Source: Hyphomicrobiales bacterium
GTDB taxonomy: Bacteria; Pseudomonadota; Alphaproteobacteria; Rhizobiales; JAJFHB01
Direction: 5' to 3'
Assembly (NCBI GenBank): GCA_051009775.1
Contig: JBPCWF010000778.1
Span: 1-27,772 of the forward strand
DNA length: 27,772 nt
Shown: in pieces, positions 1-8,443 of the stretch
Numbering within the stretch: the stretch's first letter is position 1
Layout: the number at the start of each line of letters is the position of its first letter
Translations under genes and position numbers: made by a program
Notes under the pieces: generated by a model
Seen by the model: only the letters and a program-made list of their open reading frames with translations
What the model was told of the DNA's origin: nothing
Databases searched by the model: none

Positions 1-660
1 GGTTTCAGACGCCAGGATGAACGAGCCGTCGAGCTCGCCCAGAACCAGCGGGCGGATACCGAGGGGATCGCGCGCGCCGATCAGCTTCTTGTTGGTCAGG
101 GCGACCAGGGAATATGCGCCCTCGATCATCCGAAGCGCGTCGATGAACTTGTCGACGAAACGCGGCTGCCGGCTCTGTGCGACCAGATGCAGAATGACTT
201 CCGTGTCCGAGGTCGACTGGCAGATCGCGCCTTGCTGCACCAGTTGCTCGCGCAGGGTGAGCGCATTGGTCAGATTGCCGTTGTGGCACACCGCGAAGCC
301 GCCCGACGCCAGATCGGCGAACAGCGGCTGCACGTTGCGCAGGATGGTGTCGCCAGTGGTAGAGTAGCGGACATGGCCGATCGCGCCATGGCCCATGAGC
401 CGGTCCATGGTCGCCTGTTTGGAGAAGTGGTCGCCGACCAGACCGAGTCGCCGCTCGGAATTGAACTGTTTGCCGTTGAAGGTGACGATACCGGCGGCCT
501 CCTGGCCGCGGTGCTGCAGGGCATGAAGCCCGAGCGCCGTCAGCGCGGCCGCATCGTCATGGCCGAAAACGCCGAACACACCGCACTCTTCCCGCAACCG
601 ATCATCGTCGCCCAGATCGAACGACATGTTGGAACGGGTCACCGCGTCGCCATCCGCCAT
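1..660 (-). CDS. purF: Amidophosphoribosyltransferase, 5' part (runs off window start; not in the supplied ORF track)
   Basis: Manual translation from ATG at 660: MADGDAVTRSNMSFDLGDDDRLREECGVFGVFGHDDAAALTALGLHALQHRGQEAAGIV...GHVRYSTTG...HNGNLTNA...SDTEV...RDPLGIRPLVLG. It shows the Ntn-hydrolase EECGVFG propeptide/Cys site and the QHRGQE motif. GGAG lies upstream, and the gene follows cvpA. Confidence 0.97.
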   Translation of the reverse strand, partial: MADGDAVTRSNMSFDLGDDDRLREECGVFGVFGHDDAAALTALGLHALQHRGQEAAGIVTFNGKQFNSERRLGLVGDHFSKQATMDRLMGHGAIGHVRYSTTGDTILRNVQPLFADLASGGFAVCHNGNLTNALTLREQLVQQGAICQSTSDTEVILHLVAQSRQPRFVDKFIDALRMIEGAYSLVALTNKKLIGARDPLGIRPLVLGELDGSFILASET

Positions 661-721
661 GGAGCCACTCCGTCACCTCTAGCGCCGGCGCCCATAGCCT
701 CGGGCGGCGGCAGGATGCCCA

Positions 722-1387
722 TCAGTTTTGACTGCTTTGCGTGCTCTCGAGCAACTGGTTGAGACCGCTGCGTTCGTTGCCGTTATAGCTTCCCTGCGAC
801 CGGGTGTCAGTATCGGAAGGCGTTTCTTCGGTTGTTCCTTCGGACGCGGGCTCATCGCCCGTGCTGTCGTTTCCGTAGGTCTTGCCGAGCAGGCTCTCCG
901 CCGTTTCCGGTGGCAGGTATGAAATTATCACCGTTGCCGTGGCATCCACCAGAGGCAGTGTCTTGGCATTGCGTATGGCTTCGGGATGGTCCGCCCGCGG
1001 CACCAGCCAGACGAACATGAGATAGGCGACCACGACCAGAACCAGGCCGCGCGCCAGGCCGAACAGGAAGCCGAGCGTGCGGTCGAGCACGCCGACACCG
1101 CTGTCCAGCACCCAGTCCGACAGGCGCATGGTCAGGACCGACAGCGCAATAAACACCACGATGAAGATCACCGCCGCCAGCACGATGTCCGCAAGCCATT
1201 GATCTTCGGGGTGAAAATAGGTGCGCGCCGTTTGCTTGAACACCGGGAGCAGGAACCATGCCGCAATTGCACCGCCGGCCCATGCGATGATCGACAGCAC
1301 CTCGCGCGTGAAGCCGCGCATCAAGGCGAGCAGCGCCGAGATCAGCATTATTCCGATCAGAATGAGGTCAAGAAACGTGATGGGCAT
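722..1387 (-). CDS. cvpA: CvpA family (colicin V production) membrane protein with polar C-terminal tail
   Basis: N-terminal LDLILIGIMLISALLALMRGFTREVLS and DRTLGFLFGLARG motifs, four hydrophobic segments, position between radA and purF. Confidence 0.93.
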   Translation of the reverse strand: MPITFLDLILIGIMLISALLALMRGFTREVLSIIAWAGGAIAAWFLLPVFKQTARTYFHPEDQWLADIVLAAVIFIVVFIALSVLTMRLSDWVLDSGVGVLDRTLGFLFGLARGLVLVVVAYLMFVWLVPRADHPEAIRNAKTLPLVDATATVIISYLPPETAESLLGKTYGNDSTGDEPASEGTTEETPSDTDTRSQGSYNGNERSGLNQLLESTQSSQN

Positions 1388-1513
1388 GATTGGTTAGGGC
1401 AGTGTTTGCGTTGAAACTCGTCCCGCGCGACCGTTGGTCCACGTTTGTGCACCACGGAATACTGCATGTTTGATCCGTTGGCCACCACAAACGACCATCC
1501 GCAGCAATCGAGG

Positions 1514-2929
1514 CTATTCTGGGGCAGCCGATGTCAGCGCCTGGGCAGCGCCGTTTTCGCGGATCCATGCGATCAGGTCGTCGACGCTTTGGAGCGTGGC
1601 GATTCGCAGGTCCCGGGTCCCCTTGCTTTTGCGTTTGGCGGCTTCCGGCGGCACCGCGGCCATGGTGAACCCGAGCTTCTGCGCCTCCTTGAGCCGCGCC
1701 TCCGTGTGACCCACCGGGCGCAGTGCGCCGGACAGGCTGACCTCGCCGACGAACACCGCGTCGAGCGGCAGGCTCAGGTTCAGGAGTGACGAGACGAGGG
1801 CGGCGGCGACCGCCAGATCCGCGGCCGGTTCGCGCACCTTCATGCCGCCGGCGACATTGAGATAGATGTCGTAGCTCGCCAGGTGCAGCCCGCAATGGGC
1901 ATCGAGCACCGCCAGGACCATGGCCAGGCGGTTGGCGTCCCAGCCGACCACCGCCCGGCGCGGCGTGCCGAGCGACGAGGCGGCCACCAGGGCCTGGATC
2001 TCGACCAGCAGGGGGCGCGTCCCCTCCATGCCGGCGAACACGGCGGCGCCGGGGGTCGCGATCTCCCGGTCGCCGATGAACAGGCGCGACGGATTGGCCA
2101 CTTCGCTGAGCCCCTTGTCCGACATTTCGAACACGCCGATCTCGTCGGTCGGGCCGAACCGGTTCTTGATCGAGCGCAGGATACGGAACTGATGGCCGGC
2201 TTCGCCCTCGAAATAGAGCACGGTGTCGACCATGTGCTCGATCACCTTGGGACCGGCCAGCTGGCCTTCCTTGGTGACATGGCCGACCAGAATCACGGCG
2301 GCGCCCTTCGATTTGGCGAAATTGATCAGAAGCTGGGCGCCCGCGCGCAGTTGCGACACGGTGCCGGGGGCCGCCTCGAGCATGGGCGACCATACGGTCT
2401 GTATGGAATCGATCACGATCACATCCGGCCGCGGGCCGGCGTCGAGCGTGGTCAGTATGTCGCTCAGATTGGTCTCGACGCCGAGCGTGAGCGCGGCGTC
2501 CTCCAGACCCAGCCGCTGCGCCCTGAGCCTGACCTGGGCAATCGCTTCCTCGCCGGAGAAATAGACCACCTTCTTGCCCCGGCCGCCGAGCGCGGCGAGC
2601 GCCTGCAGAAGCAGGGTCGATTTGCCGATGCCCGGATCGCCGCCGACGATCACCGCCGAACCCGGCACCAGCCCGCCGCCGGTGACCCGGTCGAACTCCG
2701 CAATGCCGGAAACGATCCGCGCCGGCACCGGGTCGTCGCCCTTCAGGCCGACCAGTTCGACGAGCCGGCCCTTGGGGACGGCCGCGCGCGGTGCCGCGCC
2801 GATGCCGGCGGTCGTGCCGGCTTCCTCCGCGATCGTGTTCCAGGCGCCACAGCCGTCGCAGCGTCCCGACCACTTGGCGCTCTCCGCGCCGCAGCTCTGG
2901 CAGACATATTTATGTGCGGGACGAGCCAT
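1514..2929 (-). CDS. radA: DNA repair protein RadA/Sms
   Basis: C4 zinc finger (CQSC...CDGC), Walker A GGDPGIGKS, IDSIQT, KNRFG motif, Lon-like C-terminal domain. Confidence 0.98.
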   Translation of the reverse strand: MARPAHKYVCQSCGAESAKWSGRCDGCGAWNTIAEEAGTTAGIGAAPRAAVPKGRLVELVGLKGDDPVPARIVSGIAEFDRVTGGGLVPGSAVIVGGDPGIGKSTLLLQALAALGGRGKKVVYFSGEEAIAQVRLRAQRLGLEDAALTLGVETNLSDILTTLDAGPRPDVIVIDSIQTVWSPMLEAAPGTVSQLRAGAQLLINFAKSKGAAVILVGHVTKEGQLAGPKVIEHMVDTVLYFEGEAGHQFRILRSIKNRFGPTDEIGVFEMSDKGLSEVANPSRLFIGDREIATPGAAVFAGMEGTRPLLVEIQALVAASSLGTPRRAVVGWDANRLAMVLAVLDAHCGLHLASYDIYLNVAGGMKVREPAADLAVAAALVSSLLNLSLPLDAVFVGEVSLSGALRPVGHTEARLKEAQKLGFTMAAVPPEAAKRKSKGTRDLRIATLQSVDDLIAWIRENGAAQALTSAAPE

Positions 2930-2938
2930 CGCGTGGTG

Positions 2939-3715
2939 CTACGGAGTGAGCGTCTCCATCTGGATCGGCCCTTCGGCGTCACCGTGGATGAACTGCTCGA
3001 CAAAGGGGTTGCCGCTTTCGTCGATCTGGTCCGCGTCGCCGTGCCAGATGATCTCGCCCTGGTAGATCATGGCGATCTTGTCGCCGATCTTGCGCGCGCT
3101 TGCCATGTCATGGGTGATCGACACTGCGGTCGCGCCGACATGGTCCACACAGTTCACGATCAGGTCGTTGATCACATCGCCCATGATCGGGTCGAGGCCG
3201 GTGGTCGGCTCGTCGAAGAAGATGATGTCAGGATCGGTGGCGATGGCGCGGGCGAGGCCGACACGTTTCTGCATGCCGCCGGAGAGTTCCGCAGGCGAGA
3301 GCTCCGCCACTTCCGGGCCGAGCCCGACTTCGGCCAGCTTCTCGATCGCCACGTCCTTGGCCGCCGTCCGCTCCATGTGCCGGCCCTGGATCAGTCCGAA
3401 GGCGACATTCTGCCAGACCGACAGGCTGTCGAACAGCGCGGCGCCCTGGAACAGCATGCCCATGTGAGACAGCACTTCCTCGCGCTTGGAACCGGTGAGT
3501 CCAACCACCTCCTGACCGTCGATTCTGATCGACCCGCTGTCCGGCGTGAGCAGACCCAGAATGCATTTGAGCGTCACCGACTTGCCCGAGCCCGACCCGC
3601 CGATCACGACCAGGGACTTGCCCCGCTCGACCTCCAGATTGACGCCTTTCAGCACGGTCTTCGGGCCGAAGCTCTTGTACACGTCGCGCAGGACGATGTG
3701 AGGTTCGCTGCTCAT
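2939..3715 (-). CDS. mlaF: ABC transporter ATP-binding protein, MlaF/Ttg2A family
   Basis: Walker A GGSGSGKS, LFQGAALFDSL Q-loop region, LSGGMQKRVGLARA signature, FFDEPTTGLDP; adjacent to mlaE. Confidence 0.9.
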   Translation of the reverse strand: MSSEPHIVLRDVYKSFGPKTVLKGVNLEVERGKSLVVIGGSGSGKSVTLKCILGLLTPDSGSIRIDGQEVVGLTGSKREEVLSHMGMLFQGAALFDSLSVWQNVAFGLIQGRHMERTAAKDVAIEKLAEVGLGPEVAELSPAELSGGMQKRVGLARAIATDPDIIFFDEPTTGLDPIMGDVINDLIVNCVDHVGATAVSITHDMASARKIGDKIAMIYQGEIIWHGDADQIDESGNPFVEQFIHGDAEGPIQMETLTP

Positions 3716-3722
3716 CGGCCGC

Positions 3723-4496
3723 TCATTCGGTGAACAGAAGCGAGGTCAGCACATAGTTGGCGGCCAGGATCAGGATCGAGGCCGTCACCACGGCGTTTGT
3801 CGTCGCCCGGCCTACGCCCTGTGCGCCGCCCTGGCTGTAGTAGCCGTGATAGCAGCCCATCAGAGCGATGATGAACCCGAACACAGCCGACTTGGCGAGG
3901 CCGGAGACCACGTCGCTGACTTCGATGAAATCGACCGTGTTCTTGATATAGGAGCCCGGATTGAACCCGAGGCTCTTGGTGCCGACGACATAGCCGCCCA
4001 TGATGCCGATCGTGTCGGCGATGACCACGAGCAGAGGAAGCGTGACGACACCGGCAATGAGCCGGGGGGCGACCAGATACTTGAACGGATTGGTTGCAAG
4101 CGTGGTGAGCGCGTCGATCTGCTCGGTTACCCGCATGGTTCCGAGTTCCGCGGCAATTGCCGCCGAGACCCGGCCGGCGACCATAAGACTGGCAATCACC
4201 GGCCCGAGTTCGCGCGTGATGCCGAGTGCGACGATCGAGGACACCAGGCTTTCGGCGTTGAACCGCGACCCGCCGATATAGATCTGAAGCGCCAGCGCGC
4301 CGCCGGTGAAGAACGCGGTCAGGCCGACCACGGGCAGCGAGTTGTAGCCGATCTTCATCATCTGCTGAAGGATCAGCCGAAAGTATATCGGCGGCAGGAA
4401 TGTGTGGAGGACAGCGTCCTTGAAGAACAGTGACAGCCTGCCCACATCGGCGAACACGGAGATCACTATGCGGCCGATGAATGCGAGGAAATTCAA
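3723..4496 (-). CDS. mlaE: ABC transporter permease, MlaE/Ttg2B family
   Basis: RELGPVIASLMVAGRVSAAIAAELGTMRVTEQIDAL and GAQGVGRATTNAVV motifs. Start reassigned to TTG at 4496 (CAGGAAG upstream) because the longer ORF overlaps alr. Confidence 0.92.
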   Translation of the reverse strand: MNFLAFIGRIVISVFADVGRLSLFFKDAVLHTFLPPIYFRLILQQMMKIGYNSLPVVGLTAFFTGGALALQIYIGGSRFNAESLVSSIVALGITRELGPVIASLMVAGRVSAAIAAELGTMRVTEQIDALTTLATNPFKYLVAPRLIAGVVTLPLLVVIADTIGIMGGYVVGTKSLGFNPGSYIKNTVDFIEVSDVVSGLAKSAVFGFIIALMGCYHGYYSQGGAQGVGRATTNAVVTASILILAANYVLTSLLFTE

Positions 4497-4512
4497 GGGA
4501 GAAGCTTCCTGA

Positions 4513-5661
4513 CTATTCCGGTTCTGCGTCTTTATACGTCCGAGCGTAGCGCTGACCGAGGCTGGTGAGAACCTCGTAGGGAATGGTCCCCGCCCATCGT
4601 GCCACGTCATCGATGGAGATGTGTGGTCCGATAAGTTCGACCGTGGTGCCGCGCCGTACTCCTTCGGCGGGTATGTCTGTCACATCAACGGTGATCATGT
4701 CCATAGAAACCCGACCGACCACGGGGGCGAACCGACCGGCAATCCAGACCCGCGCTTCGCCCTGCGCGTTGGTCGTGCTCAGTGCCCGGAAGAAGCCGTC
4801 ATAGTAGCCGACCGGCACCAGAGCGATCCGGGATCGCCGCTGCGCCGTCCAGGTCGCGCCGTAGCCGACGGCTGTACCTTGCGCAACGTCGCGCACCTGC
4901 ATGACGCGCGCCTCGAGTGTGACGACATGGTCCATCGGATTGGGCGCGTGCGCCAGCGGATTGCCGCCATAGAGCGCGACGCCCGGGCGCACCATATCGT
5001 AGTGGTAGGCGCCGCCGTTGAGTGTGCCGCCCGAATTCGCCAGGCTGGCGGGTGCCGCGGGCAGGCGCGCGCGCAGAGCGTCGAACCGGGCGACCTGTTC
5101 GCGGTTCATCGGATGGTCCGGCTCGTCGGCACAGGCCAGGTGGCTCATGACGAGGGTGCACTCGAAGTCGGCCAGCAGGGCAGGCGCGCGCGCCAGGGCG
5201 TCGACCTCGTCGACGCCGAGCCCCAGCCGGTTGATGCCGGTGTCGACATGGAGCGCGGCCTTGAGCCGGGTGCCGTGGGCTCTGCAGAACGCGGCCCATT
5301 CCTCGATCTCTTCGAGATTGCCGAGCACGGGCCGTGCATCGAGCGCCTCGAACGCGGCGCAGGACCCCGGCACCAGCCCGTTCAGCACATAGAGCGCGGC
5401 CGCGCCGAGGGTCGGGCGGATGGCCGCCGCCTCGCTCAGCTGGGCCACGAAGAACACACCGCACCCGGCGGCGGCAAGCGTCCGCGTCACCGCGACCGCG
5501 CCGGTGCCATAGGCTTCGCCCTTGACCGCCGCGGCGCACTCGGCACCGCCCGCCGCCGCCTTGAGCTTGAGGTAATTGTCCCTGAGGGCTCCCAGATCGA
5601 CGGTCAGCGTCGCGCCCGCATAGTCGGCGGACCTGTAGGTTTGATCGTCGCGATCGGACAT
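4513..5661 (-). CDS. alr: Alanine racemase
   Basis: PLP-lysine motif AAVKGEAYG, HVDTGINRLG, MSHLACAD, SLANSGG, RPGVALYG, VGYGAT, GRVSMD, TIPYEVL. Start set at ATG 5661 (MSDRDDQ), just after the dnaB stop. Confidence 0.96.
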   Translation of the reverse strand: MSDRDDQTYRSADYAGATLTVDLGALRDNYLKLKAAAGGAECAAAVKGEAYGTGAVAVTRTLAAAGCGVFFVAQLSEAAAIRPTLGAAALYVLNGLVPGSCAAFEALDARPVLGNLEEIEEWAAFCRAHGTRLKAALHVDTGINRLGLGVDEVDALARAPALLADFECTLVMSHLACADEPDHPMNREQVARFDALRARLPAAPASLANSGGTLNGGAYHYDMVRPGVALYGGNPLAHAPNPMDHVVTLEARVMQVRDVAQGTAVGYGATWTAQRRSRIALVPVGYYDGFFRALSTTNAQGEARVWIAGRFAPVVGRVSMDMITVDVTDIPAEGVRRGTTVELIGPHISIDDVARWAGTIPYEVLTSLGQRYARTYKDAEPE

Positions 5662-5689
5662 GACTCGGCCTGACCCTTTGCGAACGCAG

Positions 5690-7195
5690 CTAGTCCATGC
5701 GTACGGGAATATGGTCCTCGTCGACATAGTCCTGGAACTTGGTCACATCGCCGTCGAACTGCAACTTGATGGTCCCCGTGGGACCGTGACGCTGCTTGCC
5801 GATGATCACTTCGGCGAGGCCTGTGACTTTATCCATCTCGTCCTGCCACTCGAAGAACTCGGGCGTATTCTCACGTGGCTGGCGCCGTTGCAAGTAGTAC
5901 TCTTCGCGGAAGATGAACATGACCACGTCCGCGTCCTGCTCGATCGAGCCCGATTCGCGCAGATCCGCAAGCTGCGGCCGCTTGTCGTCACGCTGCTCGA
6001 CCTGGCGCGACAGCTGCGACAGGGCAAGCACCGGGACGTTCAGTTCCTTGGCCAGCGCCTTCAGTCCGGTGGTGATCTCCGTGATCTCCTGCACCCGGCC
6101 TTCCTGCGCCCGCCGGCTCGATCCCGACAGCAGCTGCAGATAGTCGACCACGATCAGCCCCAGCCCCTTCTGGCGCTTGAGCCGGCGCGCCCGGGCGGCA
6201 AGCTGGCCGATATTGATGCCGCCGGTATCGTCGATGAACAGCGGCAGGTTCTGCAGTTCCTGGGAGACCTGCACGATGCGGTGGAATTCGTCCTCGGTGA
6301 TCCGGCCCCGGCGGATCCGTTCCGACGGGATGCTTGCCTGCTCGGAGATGATCCTGGTGGCGAGCTGCTCCGACGACATTTCGAGCGAGAAGAACGCCAC
6401 CACGCCGCCTTCCCGGACATCCATCGAGCCGTCCGCATTATGCTCGAAGTCGTAATTCTGGGCGACCGCGTAGGCGATGTTGGTGGCGAGCGACGTCTTG
6501 CCCATGGCCGGGCGGGCCGCCAGGATGATCAGGTCGGACGATTGCAGTCCGCCCATCTTGCTGTCGATGTCGCGCAGGCCGCTGGATATGCCGGACAGGC
6601 CGCCGTCGCGCTCATAGGCCTTGGCGGCCATGTCGACCGCGTGGGTCAGGGCCGAGCCGAAGCCGACAAAGCCCTTGCCGAACTTGCCGGTCTCGGCAAT
6701 CGCATAGAGATCCTGTTCCGCGCGTTCGATCAGGTCGCGCGGTGTTATGTCGACCGGCGCATCGTAGGATTCGTTGACGATGTCCTCACCGATGGTGATC
6801 AGCCGCCGCCGCTGGGCGAGCTCATAGATCGTACGTCCGTATTCTTCCGCGTTGAGAATGGTCGTGGCCGCCGCCGCGAGCCGGGCGAGATAGGCCGGAC
6901 CGCCGATCTCGGCGAGCGCCTCGTCATTGTCGAAATAGGACTTGAGGGTGACGGGCGAGGCGAGTTTTCCGGCACGGATCAGGGTCGCGGCGGCTTCGAA
7001 GATCCGCGCGTGCAGGGGCTCGTAGAATTGCTCCTAGCCAAGAAACGCCGATACCCGGTCACACGCCTCGTTGTTCACGAGGATCGCGCCGAGCAGGGCC
7101 TGCTCGGCTTCGATATTGTGCGGCGATGTACGAAACTCAACGTCTTGGCTTTCGGCATCTTCAGACCGAGCTGAGACTAGTGCCGTAGAGTCCAT
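5690..7195 (-). CDS. dnaB: Replicative DNA helicase DnaB, interrupted by one in-frame TAG at 7034-7036 (codon 54)
   Basis: The N-terminal PHNIEAEQALLGAILVNN motif continues in the same frame past the TAG into EQFYEPLHARIF...GGPAYLARL...QRRRLI. It then joins the ORF 5690..6631, which has ARPAMGKT, FSLEMS, VDYLQL, LSQLSR, DLRESGSIEQDAD and KQRHGP. Confidence 0.95.
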
Positions 7196-7336
7196 GACCC
7201 ATAGATACCCATACGATCCTCGCGGCAACACTGATTCGTTCGCACAGTTTACCTTTTCCCCGCTATTCACAGAAACGCACCGGCGACGCCCGTGCGGCTT
7301 GACAATGTCGAAGGAGGATTCAGGCGCGGTCGCGCG

Positions 7337-7462
7337 CTACTCGGCCGGCACCTTGGCCGGGACCGAAACAGCACCGTCCCCGGCCAGCAGGCTTTCCAGC
7401 TTCTTGAAGAACTCGTCATAATGATGGGCACCGACATGCTCGAACATGCCGACCGACACCAC
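7337..7462 (-). pseudogene. cfa: Relic of a cyclopropane-fatty-acyl-phospholipid synthase (class I SAM methyltransferase)
   Basis: Manual translation VVSVGMFEHVGAHHYDEFFKKLESLLAGDGAVSVPAKVPAE*. It matches the CFA-family motif IVSVGMFEHVG..Y..FF.....LL..DG. The rest of the roughly 400-aa gene is absent. Confidence 0.8.
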
Positions 7463-7563
7463 TATTGTCCTAGGATCCGCGCTGCAAACATGCCGCCGTC
7501 ACAACACCATCAGCGCGTACGAAACCACGGTTCTCCCAGGCCTCCCGGCCGAATTCGAGAGGC

Positions 7564-7602
7564 GGGGAACTTGCCATCGACCAACCATCGGTGGCAATCC
7601 CC
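7564..7602. other. Imperfect inverted repeat / hairpin downstream of rplI
   Basis: GGGGA-AC-TTGCCATCGA-(CCAACCA)-TCGGTGGCAA-TCCCC. The stem has 10 bp plus 5 bp; no clear U-tract on the rplI strand. Confidence 0.45.
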
Positions 7603-7692
7603 TTCTCGTTTGCGCGGTTCCGTTGCAGGGTCGTTTCCGGAGACAGAATGCCGGGTCGGTGTCCGTCCCGCGCCGCGAAACCGGGACTGGGA

Positions 7693-8403
7693 TCAGCCTT
7701 TGGCCTCGTCGTCCCCGCCATCTCCGCCGCCGTCATCTTCCGCTTCGGCACCGTCACCGGCAGCTTCCTCCGCCCCGGCGGCTTTCGCGCCGTCAGCCGT
7801 TTCGTCGCCTTCTTCCTCGACCTCGAGTTCCTCGACCGCCTGCTGCGCAAGGTCCTCGTCCTCGAACACTTCCTCGGCCGCAAGCGCTTCTTCCTCGGCT
7901 TCCAGCCGTTCGGCTTCGGCGCCGACCGCTTCGCCGCGCGCCTGGCGTTCGGCCTCGTCCTCGGTGCGCGCCACATTGACGACGACCGAGACGCTGACCT
8001 CCGGATGAAGCGCGATGCGCACGTCATGCAGCCCGACCGATTTGATCGGCGTGTCGAGCACGACCTGGCCGCGCGTGATGGTCATGCCGCCTTCGGTCAC
8101 CAGGAGCGCGATATCGCGGGTCGTCACCGAGCCGTAGAGCTGGCCCGCTTCACCGGCCTGGCGCAGGATCACGAAGGCCTCGCCGTCGATCTTGGTTGAG
8201 ACGGATTCGGCTTCCGTCTTGCGCTCCAGGTTGGTCGCCTCGAGCTGGGCGCGATCGGTTTCGAACCGCTCGAGATTGGTTTTCGTCGCCCTGAGCGCCT
8301 TTTTTCGGGGCAGCAGGAAGTTGCGCGCGTAACCGTCCTTGACGCGCACAACATCGCCCATTTGACCGAGTTTCTCGATCCTTTCCAGCAAAACGACTTC
8401 CAT
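7693..8403 (-). CDS. rplI: 50S ribosomal protein L9 with long acidic C-terminal tail
   Basis: [57 protein letters not shown]. Start at ATG 8403, with GGAG upstream. Confidence 0.98.
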   Translation of the reverse strand: MEVVLLERIEKLGQMGDVVRVKDGYARNFLLPRKKALRATKTNLERFETDRAQLEATNLERKTEAESVSTKIDGEAFVILRQAGEAGQLYGSVTTRDIALLVTEGGMTITRGQVVLDTPIKSVGLHDVRIALHPEVSVSVVVNVARTEDEAERQARGEAVGAEAERLEAEEEALAAEEVFEDEDLAQQAVEELEVEEEGDETADGAKAAGAEEAAGDGAEAEDDGGGDGGDDEAKG

Positions 8404-8443
8404 GATGTACTCCTTGTTCAAGTCTGTTCAGTGATTGGTGTGA

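Noticed and set aside
1400-1420. ACGCAAAC on the minus strand upstream of cvpA-purF, resembling half of the enterobacterial PurR box
   Set aside because: Only one half-site matches, with no palindromic partner, and PurR regulation is not established for this group.
2939-4496. mlaE-mlaF without mlaD/mlaC inside the alr-radA operon
   Set aside because: This split arrangement is common in Alphaproteobacteria, where the MCE subunit is encoded elsewhere.
5690-6631. Possible intein in DnaB, a frequent intein host
   Set aside because: The ATPase motifs are contiguous and the total length (501 codons) is normal.
7034-7036. Genome-wide amber recoding or pyrrolysine as the explanation for the dnaB TAG
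   Set aside because: TAG terminates several genes at their expected ends in this window, and no pyl genes are visible.
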